A DNA stretch of 32,000 bases, taken from NCBI GenBank assembly GCA_964354495.1, contig CAYHAA010000007.1, forward strand, positions 1 through 32,000, written 5' to 3'. The notes under the pieces were generated by a model. It was not told the DNA's origin. It saw only the letters and a list, made by a program, of their open reading frames with translations, and did no database searches. A program made the translations under genes and the position numbers. This DNA comes from an uncultured archaeon. GTDB lineage: Archaea; Asgardarchaeota; Thorarchaeia; Thorarchaeales; Thorarchaeaceae. How positions within the stretch are numbered: the stretch's first letter is position 1; each line of letters starts with the position of its first letter. Shown piece by piece: positions 19,463 to 28,597 of this stretch.

Positions 19463-20797
19463 TCAGGGATTATGCCATTTGCTGACTAGATGCTCCGGTC
19501 TTCCTGAGTTTGAACGATCAATCCTTGCAGGCGGCCGAGTGAGATGTCTCTGCGCGCTGAGGGGTGGGAGATGAAGCCCCTCTCTGATGGTTCTCTCTAC
19601 CCTCCTCTCGACCTTCATTGCAGTTGGGTCTTTGAAGCCACATCTGAAGCACTTGAAGCCTTTCCCGCTTCCAGCACTCTTCATCCGCTTCAGGCAGTGC
19701 GGACAGTCTGGATTCACTAACAAAACACCAGGCATGAGATTGAGAATCCCAAGACCTTCGATATTGAGCGTCAGACCATGCGTCCTCGACCTTGGCTTGA
19801 CATTTGCATGCACATTAATCTCATCACCAACACGAAGTCCCCTGACAATCTGTCTAAAGCCCCGAGTGGGTTCGTATGCCGCACAGTCGATTCTCTCAAG
19901 ATCATTTCCAAGCTCGAAGAAGACGTGTCCTCCCTCCGTAATCCTTGGAATGCTCTCTACGCGTCCATGGACAACGCAAGCCATGTACGGTCTCAGGTCA
20001 CGTATCCTTATGCTATGTGCAAGATGCTCCGCAGTGGCTTGGTTGCTTCTGAACACCATCCATCTCTCGACAGCCTGCTCGCTCCTCACGAATCTTGCCG
20101 CTTCAATGACATCAGTTGCCGCTTCTCCCCGAATTCCATAGATTACGGGGTCCGGACCGTGAGGTTCAATCAGAATCCTCCCCTCATCAGGGTCGATATT
20201 TGAGAACACCCTGTCTTTCATTCTGTCGACCATCTCGAGCACAGACTCAGGATCAACTCCTCTCTTGAATTCAGACTGGTCCATTGAACGATAGGCAATG
20301 AACTCGTATGTGTGATCGTGCTCAAGGGTGTTTCCAATAGACGCCAGTGCCCCAATCAGTCCCCTCCCGTTGCCCCCTCTGTAGTGGACTATGTCGTATT
20401 TCTCCACAAGCCTCTCTGCTAGTTCTATCGGGACCATGCGCCATAATGCCTGCCGTGACAGTACCTGCACGCTATCAGGAGTCTTTCCAGTGACAATGAC
20501 GGCACCAGGGTTCGTATTGGGATAGGTCTCATCAACATAGTTGTGGACCATCTGTTCAATCTGTTCTAGCAGGTCGCTAATCCTGCTGGTGTCGAAGAGC
20601 AACTGAAGTGCAACGGCACCATTGCCCCGTGTCCTGAACGGAATGCCAGGATTCAATCGAATCAGTCTAGGGTAGTCTATCCACTTGACCGATTGATGCG
20701 TGAGATGTTCAACAAGAAGGCTAGCAAAGTGTGTAGTGCATCCTCCCTTTGGACTGTCAATGTCGTCAAGACCGATGTGAATCTCTTGTAGTTTCAT
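19463..20797 (-). CDS. tiaS: tRNA(Ile2) 2-agmatinylcytidine synthetase
   Basis: GLDDIDS...GCTT, PRLIRLNPGIPFRTRGNG, GPDPVIYGIRG, OB fold AAYEPT, Zn ribbon CPHC...C..CG, RHLTRP. Confidence 0.93.
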   Translation of the reverse strand: MKLQEIHIGLDDIDSPKGGCTTHFASLLVEHLTHQSVKWIDYPRLIRLNPGIPFRTRGNGAVALQLLFDTSRISDLLEQIEQMVHNYVDETYPNTNPGAVIVTGKTPDSVQVLSRQALWRMVPIELAERLVEKYDIVHYRGGNGRGLIGALASIGNTLEHDHTYEFIAYRSMDQSEFKRGVDPESVLEMVDRMKDRVFSNIDPDEGRILIEPHGPDPVIYGIRGEAATDVIEAARFVRSEQAVERWMVFRSNQATAEHLAHSIRIRDLRPYMACVVHGRVESIPRITEGGHVFFELGNDLERIDCAAYEPTRGFRQIVRGLRVGDEINVHANVKPRSRTHGLTLNIEGLGILNLMPGVLLVNPDCPHCLKRMKSAGSGKGFKCFRCGFKDPTAMKVERRVERTIREGLHLPPLSAQRHLTRPPARIDRSNSGRPEHLVSKWHNP

Positions 20798-21066
20798 GCC
20801 TCTCTCTTCCGACAGTAATCACAGATTGTAGACTCGTCCACTTTCGTTCCATGGTCCTCACACACAAGTCTGCCGCAGATATTGCATGCCCGTGAGGCCA
20901 GGTACTCACCACAGATTTGACATCTGGCTTCAACACAGTTCAGACATAGTTGAGTATCGCGGGTCGCACATTGAGGACAGACATATACCCCGCACATCTT
21001 GCAGCAGACAAGATGCATCTCATCCTCACCGCAGATCTCGCATGAGGATGCAGGTTCATGGTGCAT
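20794..21066 (-). CDS. Small Cys/His-rich protein with tandem B-box-like zinc fingers
   Basis: CEIC...CKMC...CPQC...CLNC then CQIC...CNIC...CEDH...CDYC; ATGA overlap with tiaS. Confidence 0.8.
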   Translation of the reverse strand: MHHEPASSCEICGEDEMHLVCCKMCGVYVCPQCATRDTQLCLNCVEARCQICGEYLASRACNICGRLVCEDHGTKVDESTICDYCRKREA

Positions 21067-21104
21067 TTCAGCATTACCTCTTGTTTAGGCCTATGACAAC
21101 ACAG

Positions 21105-21220
21105 AAATCCTTTACCGTTCATTATTAACTGGACAATCTTGGACACCAGAGTGTTGTCCGCCCAGAAAACGGCACTGGGCTCCACTCCGTGAGGTCAGCT
21201 TAGGCGTCGGGTCTGCCTCA
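21105..21220 (-). ncRNA. Putative stand-alone omegaRNA-like structured RNA (homologous to the TnpB 3' end at 28.5 kb)
   Basis: GAGCCCAGTGCCGTTTTCTGGGCGGACAAC matches GAGCCCAGTGCCGTTCCTGGGCGGATAGC at 28489-28516; both are followed by a second hairpin and a TTA.(.)AATGA.CGGTA motif; TTTATATA box upstream. Confidence 0.55.
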
Positions 21221-21241
21221 GAGTTGTATTCCTCAGCACAG

Positions 21242-21249
21242 TATATAAA
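21242..21249 (-). promoter_or_regulatory. TATA box upstream of the omegaRNA-like element / ZnF-tiaS
   Basis: TTTATATA about 25 nt upstream of GAGGCAG at ~21219. Confidence 0.5.
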
Positions 21250-21323
21250 CATCTGTCCGACTATGTCCAAAATTGAAGCAACTGCCGCGTACCCTTTTGG
21301 ATAATACGATTGGTGAATCAAGT

Positions 21324-21854
21324 GTGACCGCACAACCGAGAGTCCTCATCTATCACGCTGACCAGTGTGACCCAAAGAAATGCACTGGGACACGGCTCAT
21401 CAGAATGAAGAGGGCTCAGATTCTCAAGAACATGAATCAAATACCTCTCGGGGGTGTGGTGCTCAACCCGGTTTCTGAGGTCGCCTTTTCAAGGGCAGAT
21501 CGGGATGCTATTCTGCATGCAGGTCTTGTCGCACTTGACTGTTCGTGGAAAAAGGCTGAAGAGATATTCGCCAACTCGCAATCTGGTATCCAGAGAGCAC
21601 TACCTTACCTGCTTGCTGCGAATCCAGTCAACACCTACAAACCAATCAAGCTGTCCACTGCTGAGGCCGTGGCTGCAGCGCTCTATATTGCTGGTTTCAA
21701 GGAAGAGGCTGAAGACATCATGTCTATCTTCAAGTGGGGACCGGCCTTCATAACGCTGAATCACGAGTTCTTGGAAGCATATTCAAAATGCAGCACGAGC
21801 GGGGAGGTTGTAGAAATACAGAGAGAATACATGGAACTACAGAATCGTGAATGA
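21324..21854 (+). CDS. tsr3: 16S rRNA aminocarboxypropyltransferase Tsr3
   Basis: QCDPKKCTG, ALDCSW, RALPYLLAANPVNTY, LSTAEAVAAAL, FKWGPAFITLN; GTG start with a GGTGA RBS. Confidence 0.93.
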   Translation: MTAQPRVLIYHADQCDPKKCTGTRLIRMKRAQILKNMNQIPLGGVVLNPVSEVAFSRADRDAILHAGLVALDCSWKKAEEIFANSQSGIQRALPYLLAANPVNTYKPIKLSTAEAVAAALYIAGFKEEAEDIMSIFKWGPAFITLNHEFLEAYSKCSTSGEVVEIQREYMELQNRE

Positions 21855-21984
21855 GCTCTTCACTCAACTCTTCAGAATGCCACTTTGCAGAGATGTCAAT
21901 AAGCTAAAAATAATCTAATCCTTAGAGCAATTCTCAGTCTTGTCCTGGAAACGGTCCATGTGGATTTGTCGTTTTACTAACGAC

Positions 21985-23195
21985 TCATTCGATTTGTAAT
22001 TCTTCAAGTTGCTCTCTCGGGCTTGTCTTTCTTTTGCTTTTGTATATGAGAATCAATGACATATATGCTACTGTGGAAACCGTACCTACTAATAATGAGA
22101 TATGCGGAATCCAATAGCCATTGCCTGTCCATCCTTCAGTTAGAGCGAATCCAGTAAGCAGACGAGGCCCAAGGGAATTCCCGCTGGTCGTCCGAGCAAT
22201 AGCCCCCTCCCGTCCAGCAGCCCAACCATGTGACTCATTGATGAAATCAACCGTTTTAAAACGAAAGTCCGGAGTTATCTGCTCATACCAAGAAAAGCCG
22301 CCATCAGGGGTATACGCTACAGCAGGTTCAGCTCCTACAATCCATCCATGTTTGGAGTCGATAAACTCGATATCAGTATAAGATGAATGGCTTGAGATTC
22401 TTATTCTCGAAACTTGTGGAAGCTCTAAAAAACTCCATCAACGAAGTGGGACACGGTTGAGTGATGAAGAATCCATCCTTCACTATCTGTTATGAATGAC
22501 AGGCCAGCAGTGTTTATTGAATCCTCGATCTTCCAAGTCAATCCCCAATCCTCGCTAAGAAATAGACCCAACCATGTGGCAACTCTTATTTTTGAAGCAG
22601 ATAGATGGAAGTCGCGTATTGGGCTATAGTCAGAACTCCAATTGACTGCGGCTTGCCAAGAGATTCCACCATCGATCGTTCTATATAGACCCTGAGAATC
22701 TGCAACCAAGCCATGCGTATTATTGAAAAACTCTACTCTGGGTCCAATGGTTGTTGGAGTGGATTCATTATGCCATGTCACTCCTCCATCGACCGTGTGA
22801 AAGAGTTCGCCATGACCACCTGGCGCATCTATTAATGCACTAGCCCAGACATTCATTGGCGTGACAACTGATAATCCGTAAAGAACACCATTTTCTGGCG
22901 CAAGACTAATGCTCCAAGAGTCACCACTGTCATTGGTATGGAGTAATGCTCTACCTCCCAATAACCAACCATGAGTTGCATTGAGGAATGTTATTTCACT
23001 AAAACCCCAATCATCATAATACTCCTCTGGGACTGATAGTGACTCCCACTCAGCCATAGAGTATCCGATTGGTGGTGCTATTGCGATTTGTGTTGTGAGA
23101 ACAGATGAGAAAATGAACACGACAAATAGGCTAACTATCAACCATCTAGTAGAGTAGTGTTTTCTTACTGCGAATCTTGTTTCAGATTTCATCAT
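21985..23195 (-). pseudogene. Frameshifted YCF48/BNR beta-propeller membrane protein (paralog of 6689-7921)
   Basis: The ORF stops at DGVF* just after an A6 run (22427-22432). Another frame continues LELPQ...YTDIEFIDSKHGWIVG...VAYTPDGGFSWY...VDFINESHGWAAG...TTSGNSLGPRLLTG...TM...KSKRK to TGA at 21985-21987. Confidence 0.85.
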
Positions 23196-23289
23196 CGTTC
23201 ATGAATACTCCCAATACGCATTCGTCGTCCCTCTCTTGTCACTAAATCAATGATGTGTAAAAGCCTTATCGAATTGCAAATAGAATGTG

Positions 23290-23335
23290 AATTGAAATAC
23301 TGTGGCTCTGGTCCAGAGGGTGGCCCTCATTCCTT
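23290..23335 (-). repeat. Degenerate rnpB 3'-end fragment (copy A)
   Basis: tgtggctctggtccagagggtggccctcattc aligns with 24061 tgtagctctggtccagagagtaaccccaattc and 28595 tatggccttggtccaaagaataaccccgattc. Confidence 0.7.
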
Positions 23336-23497
23336 GTAGTAGTCAAACGTACAACTCGCAATAACCATTAGCTCAGATTATTTTGTACACTTAGGTTCTT
23401 ATCCTAAATGCGTTGAACAGGATTACTGAAAATCGAGTTCAGGAAGTGGTTTGCAAGGGGATATGAATAGAATCAGGTCCCATTCGAGGTTGAAACG

Positions 23498-23983
23498 TTG
23501 GAGAGACAGAAGGAGTACAATGCGGGCGTGGAGGAACTAGTCTCAAAGCAGAAAGTAGCAATCGGCTCTCTGCTGTTTCAGGCATCAGTAATCCTTGGTT
23601 TTGTGGTATGGACAATCTACATATTCCCCGCAACATGGCCCTCTGGCTCAATTCCAGGCATTATCGGTCTCTATATCATCTTCATTTCTCCAGGACTCTT
23701 CCCCTTGTTGTTAGCTATAGAGTTGTATAGAGGCAAGCTTCATAGACGGTGGCTACAGGGTTGGGCAGGAACCTGTATTAGTTTCGGGCTGTTCTATCTA
23801 TTAGTGATGGTACGATCTCTTCCCGATTTTGAAATATACAGAATCGCCATGATTATGACCGTTCTATTTCTATTGGTGCCTTCCGGACTTGTCTTGCGTT
23901 TGACAGGGCTCTCCACTTGGAAATGGTTTCCTCCATCGAGGCAAGCGCCCAATCCATTTGAAGGCGATGAACAAGGAGGATAG
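23498..23983 (+). CDS. Hypothetical ~4-TM membrane protein
   Basis: Four hydrophobic segments in 161 aa; lies between rnpB fragments A and B. Confidence 0.7.
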   Translation: MERQKEYNAGVEELVSKQKVAIGSLLFQASVILGFVVWTIYIFPATWPSGSIPGIIGLYIIFISPGLFPLLLAIELYRGKLHRRWLQGWAGTCISFGLFYLLVMVRSLPDFEIYRIAMIMTVLFLLVPSGLVLRLTGLSTWKWFPPSRQAPNPFEGDEQGG

Positions 23984-24051
23984 CTGCCCAATCTACAATG
24001 GACGGCAGGATGCTTAGTTAGAGTTTAAGAAGAAGACATGGTGCCAATCTT

Positions 24052-24125
24052 AAGAGAGATTGTAGCTCTGGTCCAGAGAGTAACCCCAATTCTGTTCCAT
24101 CCCAGACAGTAGCCAAAATGAGATA
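24052..24125 (-). repeat. rnpB 3'-end fragment (copy B)
   Basis: Minus strand GGAACAGAATTGGGGTTACTCTCTGGACCAGAGCTACAATCTCTCTT contains the CR-V motif, the P4 3' strand and a P1 3' strand complementary to the 5' end of the copy at 31572-31590. Confidence 0.8.
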
Positions 24126-24393
24126 GTGTGTTTGAAAAACAACACTTCAAACAGGAGAAATCTTATCCTGTCAATACTGAGTATGCGGTCCCTACCAGTC
24201 AATAGTTGTGAAATAATCGCCACTGGGGATTTTTCTTCTTTGTCTTCTTTTCTACTCTTTTCGCTTGTGGCTGATTTCCAGCCCAAGATACAAGACGGTA
24301 AGCCATTCATCTGGCTGAAGACATCCTGATTAGAAGATCATTTCTTAGTTCAAGGTCTTGCCACGAGCATGGTCTTAGTACTTTGCGGTAATC

Positions 24394-27300
24394 TTACAGA
24401 GGAAGTTGACGAAGTTCTTGAATGACTTCTGGTATCTGCTTCTTCAGCACTTCGCTGACATTGGAGATATTCAACAATTCTGGGACTATGTCAGCTTCAA
24501 AGGTTTCTCTCACTTCTCGTTCAGCCACCCGTATCTCTGCACCAATGAGAACTTTGGTATCATCATATAGAAGTCCAGTCCGAAACATCTTGGTTTCATA
24601 CTGCTCAGCCTCCCAGAGGACAGCTCGCCGCTCCTTATCAACAGAGAGTGTGACTGTCCATTTCCCAAGTTCCTCAGAGCCATCTTCCATATTCAGGGTA
24701 AGGCTCTTCAGCCATGATGTAATCGTGTTCAGGAAGGAACCTGTGTTCCTGATTGAATAGATACCCATCTCGCCCTCAGAGAGCCCGACTTCAATGGCCT
24801 CGATGATTGCATCAGATGACGCTGCATCTGTGATTTCTATAGTGAATGTGAGAAATGGCTCTCTTCGAGTCCTATCGACAGGAAACACGCCATACATGCA
24901 TTTCTTCTTAGACAGTTCAAGAATGCGTAGCTCACAGATGGGACTCGTTTCAGAGTAACCAAGGTTTCTTAGGCCAGAAAGCAACTTTTCTTCGACATTG
25001 GAGACATTCGTCATATATTCCCGTGGAATGTTCGCAGTAATGATGCCCATTATTCTGGTACACTCCTCCTTTGCACCACGGCCATGTGAAAGTTCAATCA
25101 TGTGTTGACTGCCTTCAAAGAAGAGGCCGGAAACCGTCGACTGCGCACTCCACTTGACATGTGCTTCACTGTCCCAGACGATATCGACCATCCATTTCTG
25201 TTTCCTAATACTCAGATAGGTCCCAGGTTCTAGACTACTCAAAATCAGTCCATTTCTACGAAGAAGCATACGGATGTACCGATCCTCATGGAAGACAATT
25301 CCCTCGTCCTTCTCTGACACTGTAGGTGGAGTCATGTCAAGCATGTACAGTTTCCCAGCATAGAGTCGCTCTGGTGCAAGTAGACCGTTCATTTCCTCCC
25401 CTGTCATGGCTCTACCAAGTTGTTTTCGGACTTCATCAGGGCAATCCGGTGGCAATATCACTCTCCAACAGGCGCCATGTTCTAACTCTTCACCCAGTGC
25501 GACTGGGCAGACTGATTGGTCATGCTCAATGCTCAGAGTAAGCGTTTCTGTTTCGTCAAAGAACTGCACAATTCTCTTCGGAAGTCTCTCTGGGACTATC
25601 CGAGCAGCTCTGAGGGTGATGAATGGTTCAATGAACTCTAGGTCCTTATACTCGATATCATCAAAGATGCTCCATGTCACGAATTTGCCCGAGTCTGTGA
25701 ACATCGGACCTCCTTTAACCATGGGCCATCTGAGGAGGGTGATAAGGTCTGCAGTATATTCAATATTGATGCTCTGAAGGACCTCGTCTTCTTCATCAAC
25801 CAGAACAGCATGACACACACCATCCGTCATCTCAAGACGCATAGTTACTGGCGTGGGTCTTGTGATAGCCTTGAGGTGTCTTTGAAGAGAGTCGGTTACT
25901 CGCTTGTAGAATGATTCTGGGGGTCGTGCTCCCGTTGTAGGATGAGATCTAGGAATCTCAGTGAAGGTCTGACGAATCGCTCGGAGTTGTCCTACGGTTG
26001 AACGTCCCTGACCTATCAATTCGAGGACTCCTGAATTGATAACCTCATTGTCGTTCTGCATCGAGCTCCATGTTTCAATGCCACTCTCGGTCCTTTTACA
26101 CATCATGATAGTCTGTGGGAGTTCTAGTATCTCATCCAGACTCTGTCGTGTCAGCACGTTTGATCTGGTTTCTGCCCAGAGATATCCATCTTTGGTTGGA
26201 GGTCTATCTATGAAACACCCAACAAGCATTCTTCCCTCATTCTCAGGGTCTTGCATCACAATCCACCAGGGCTGGGTTTGATCCTCCTCTGCTGCGAACT
26301 TGATTCCAAACAGCCACTCCTCCAATTCCTCCTCGGATTGTAAGGGGGTGGGGAGTGTCTGTTTTGGTATTGTCTTTAACCTGTTCGGGGAGCGATAGAG
26401 TCGCTGAGAGTTGATCTTACCAGCGGTCACAGTCACAAAGGATGCGCTGTCAAGGGTGGCAGGAATCCTATACCGTAGAAGATCAAGGATATGGGGGGCT
26501 GGACTGGGGGGTTCATGTAAAGTTGCTTGTTGAAAGCTCGGCCCATCTGAGATTCTTCTAAACTCAGTATCCAGCCTTGTGAATAGTTCTTCGAGGGTGT
26601 CCTTCGAGTCCTCAACAAGTGTTGCCTTTGGCCAGAGTCGCACAAGCCATGGGAGCAGAGTCAGTGAGAGGAGTTTCATTCGTATTCGAAGCTCTCTCTC
26701 AGGTATGATATTATCTATCTCTTGATTTCGAACGACTTGTCCAGTTCCCATGTTCCTAAATCTCTTAGACCACCCCCTCAGAAGTGGGACATGGGTCAAC
26801 TCAATTTCCAACTTGTTAGTTGACTGATGGATGATAACTCGAATATCATCATGCATGGGGGAGTCGCCAATGATAGGCATTTTCCACTTTTCGGGGTCGA
26901 TAGTTCCCCTTGGTGCTACAGGCAGGTTCCAGACAATCTCTGTCACCATCTCAGCGAGAGAGGAGTCTTCATAGAACGGGAGGAGAGCTCTACTAGAGTA
27001 CGATACAGCTTTCTCGACAGAGGGGACAGGCGAATCGAACCAGACAATAATGGTGCTCTCATCCTCCGGAAGACTGCTCAGAAGGTGATCCATCACGATC
27101 TTGAGTCTCTCACTATGAGTTGATGGTGTCGCATCCCGAAGAATGTCAGCTCCTGTGACAATGATGATTCTTTCTTTATCAGAGCTCGTATCAATGGCAA
27201 ATGATGGTTCATCTCCATCCTCGTAGAGGAAAGATAGGATATCATCAAGATACCCCCTAATCTCAATCTTTTCGAAGAACTCTCGAATATGATTAGGTTG

Positions 27301-28155
27301 GGCCTTGAACACTTCCTCTTCTGAATAACCCCTAGGTCTTAGACGCAGTCGTGCTTCAGCAAGGCGCCTATCATTGAACTGGTCAGCTAGGTCAATCCAG
27401 AAAAACATTTCACCAGTCTGTGATTCTTTCATATTATAGAGCATCTGAAGTCCGTGATAGTTCCGAGCGTTCCAGGCGGCAGACGGTCCTGCAGATGTCG
27501 GTACAGCACCTGCCAAATAGAGAATGAACTGAGGCCTCATTCCTTGAATGATCTTGAGCGGATTGTAGAGAGGCTGCCATGGAATCTCAATGGCTTCATC
27601 TTTTTTACTTCCAGATGCGTGCTGTTCATGAACAACTAAGGCAATGTGGTTATATTCGTTGCTGGTGGGCGTAACGATTGTGCGTTTAATCTTTCGAGAT
27701 TTCTCCATCACACACTCATAGGCATGTACCAACAGGCTCTCGATGACTCGTCGCACTTTATCTACATCTGAATCAGAGTCGACAATGAGAGTCCCTCTCA
27801 GAACATGTCCGAGTTCGTGGTGCGTGGCATCCTGATAGATGTCTGTCAGAGCCTCAGCATAGGCCATTAACTGCTCCTCTGCCGAGGGAGTAGGAGTTGA
27901 CTTGACAATTGCATTCCACATGTCATCATCAAGTGGATAATCATTCATAGGAAACTCACTCACAACTCTCTGGACAGGACTTCCATCCTGTCGAACCTCG
28001 GATTTCTTGTAGTCAGGTTTAATGTACCAGCTATCTCCTCTACGGGTCTTAATCTCCAACACGAACCTCGGTCTCCAGAGCGCCCGTTTTCCATCCTCTG
28101 TGATGATCCTCTCCAGCAGGACGAGATCGGTTCTGCGAACATCATGGAGTGAAGA
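24394..28155 (-). CDS. Large (~1250 aa) hypothetical protein with an N-terminal RecB-type PD-(D/E)xK nuclease motif; apparently 5'-truncated
   Basis: The frame stays open 31 codons upstream of the tracked GTG (stop at 28156-28158) without a start codon; RRTDLVL...FVLEIKTR...EEQLMAY gives D...ExK...QxxxY. Confidence 0.7.
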   Translation of the reverse strand, partial: SSLHDVRRTDLVLLERIITEDGKRALWRPRFVLEIKTRRGDSWYIKPDYKKSEVRQDGSPVQRVVSEFPMNDYPLDDDMWNAIVKSTPTPSAEEQLMAYAEALTDIYQDATHHELGHVLRGTLIVDSDSDVDKVRRVIESLLVHAYECVMEKSRKIKRTIVTPTSNEYNHIALVVHEQHASGSKKDEAIEIPWQPLYNPLKIIQGMRPQFILYLAGAVPTSAGPSAAWNARNYHGLQMLYNMKESQTGEMFFWIDLADQFNDRRLAEARLRLRPRGYSEEEVFKAQPNHIREFFEKIEIRGYLDDILSFLYEDGDEPSFAIDTSSDKERIIIVTGADILRDATPSTHSERLKIVMDHLLSSLPEDESTIIVWFDSPVPSVEKAVSYSSRALLPFYEDSSLAEMVTEIVWNLPVAPRGTIDPEKWKMPIIGDSPMHDDIRVIIHQSTNKLEIELTHVPLLRGWSKRFRNMGTGQVVRNQEIDNIIPERELRIRMKLLSLTLLPWLVRLWPKATLVEDSKDTLEELFTRLDTEFRRISDGPSFQQATLHEPPSPAPHILDLLRYRIPATLDSASFVTVTAGKINSQRLYRSPNRLKTIPKQTLPTPLQSEEELEEWLFGIKFAAEEDQTQPWWIVMQDPENEGRMLVGCFIDRPPTKDGYLWAETRSNVLTRQSLDEILELPQTIMMCKRTESGIETWSSMQNDNEVINSGVLELIGQGRSTVGQLRAIRQTFTEIPRSHPTTGARPPESFYKRVTDSLQRHLKAITRPTPVTMRLEMTDGVCHAVLVDEEDEVLQSINIEYTADLITLLRWPMVKGGPMFTDSGKFVTWSIFDDIEYKDLEFIEPFITLRAARIVPERLPKRIVQFFDETETLTLSIEHDQSVCPVALGEELEHGACWRVILPPDCPDEVRKQLGRAMTGEEMNGLLAPERLYAGKLYMLDMTPPTVSEKDEGIVFHEDRYIRMLLRRNGLILSSLEPGTYLSIRKQKWMVDIVWDSEAHVKWSAQSTVSGLFFEGSQHMIELSHGRGAKEECTRIMGIITANIPREYMTNVSNVEEKLLSGLRNLGYSETSPICELRILELSKKKCMYGVFPVDRTRREPFLTFTIEITDAASSDAIIEAIEVGLSEGEMGIYSIRNTGSFLNTITSWLKSLTLNMEDGSEELGKWTVTLSVDKERRAVLWEAEQYETKMFRTGLLYDDTKVLIGAEIRVAEREVRETFEADIVPELLNISNVSEVLKKQIPEVIQELRQLPL

Positions 28156-28523
28156 CTATTTACTTTGAAGACCTCCGCTCCTTTCAAGCAAATGGGGGTA
28201 TGAAACGACACAGCTGGAACCTTTCAATCAATCTTTGGGGCAAGATGATTGAGGGTGTTCGATATCGCCGCGAAACTCTAGGTCATAGATATGGTGGTAT
28301 CTGGATGATTAATCCTGCATGGACCTCACAGATCTGCCATGTCTGTGGGCAGCGGGGTTTCCGAGTGGAGGACGATGTTTCTACGAATGAGAAGAAGGGA
28401 GGCGAATACTTCCATTGCCCAAAGTGTAGAGCGCATTTTCATGCTGATGTAAATGCAGCACGAAACATTATGCAATTTCAACCACCTGAGCCCAGTGCCG
28501 TTCCTGGGCGGATAGCTTTGTAG
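28131..28523 (+). pseudogene. tnpB: 5'-truncated TnpB (IS200/IS605 or IS607 family)
   Basis: RuvC-II IYFEDL, PAWTSQICHVCG...FHCPKC zinc ribbon, RuvC-III HADVNAARNI; RuvC-I and the N-terminal lobe are absent. Confidence 0.88.
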
Positions 28524-28547
28524 CTAGTCAACTTACAATGACCGGTA
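28489..28547 (+). ncRNA. TnpB right end / omegaRNA scaffold region
   Basis: Hairpin GCCCAG-TGCCGTTC-CTGGGC overlapping the tnpB 3' end, a second hairpin, then TTACAATGACCGGTA; same layout as 21113-21183. Confidence 0.55.
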
Positions 28548-28597
28548 GGAAGCTTAGTTCGATACCGCTCTCAATAAGAAAATCATGGTAGAAATAT

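Noticed and set aside
28548-28565. TTAGTTCGAT in the tnpB flank is an inverted match to rnpB 28666-28676 (possible guide against rnpB)
   Set aside because: Only 10 nt and offset from the presumed guide start; insufficient evidence.
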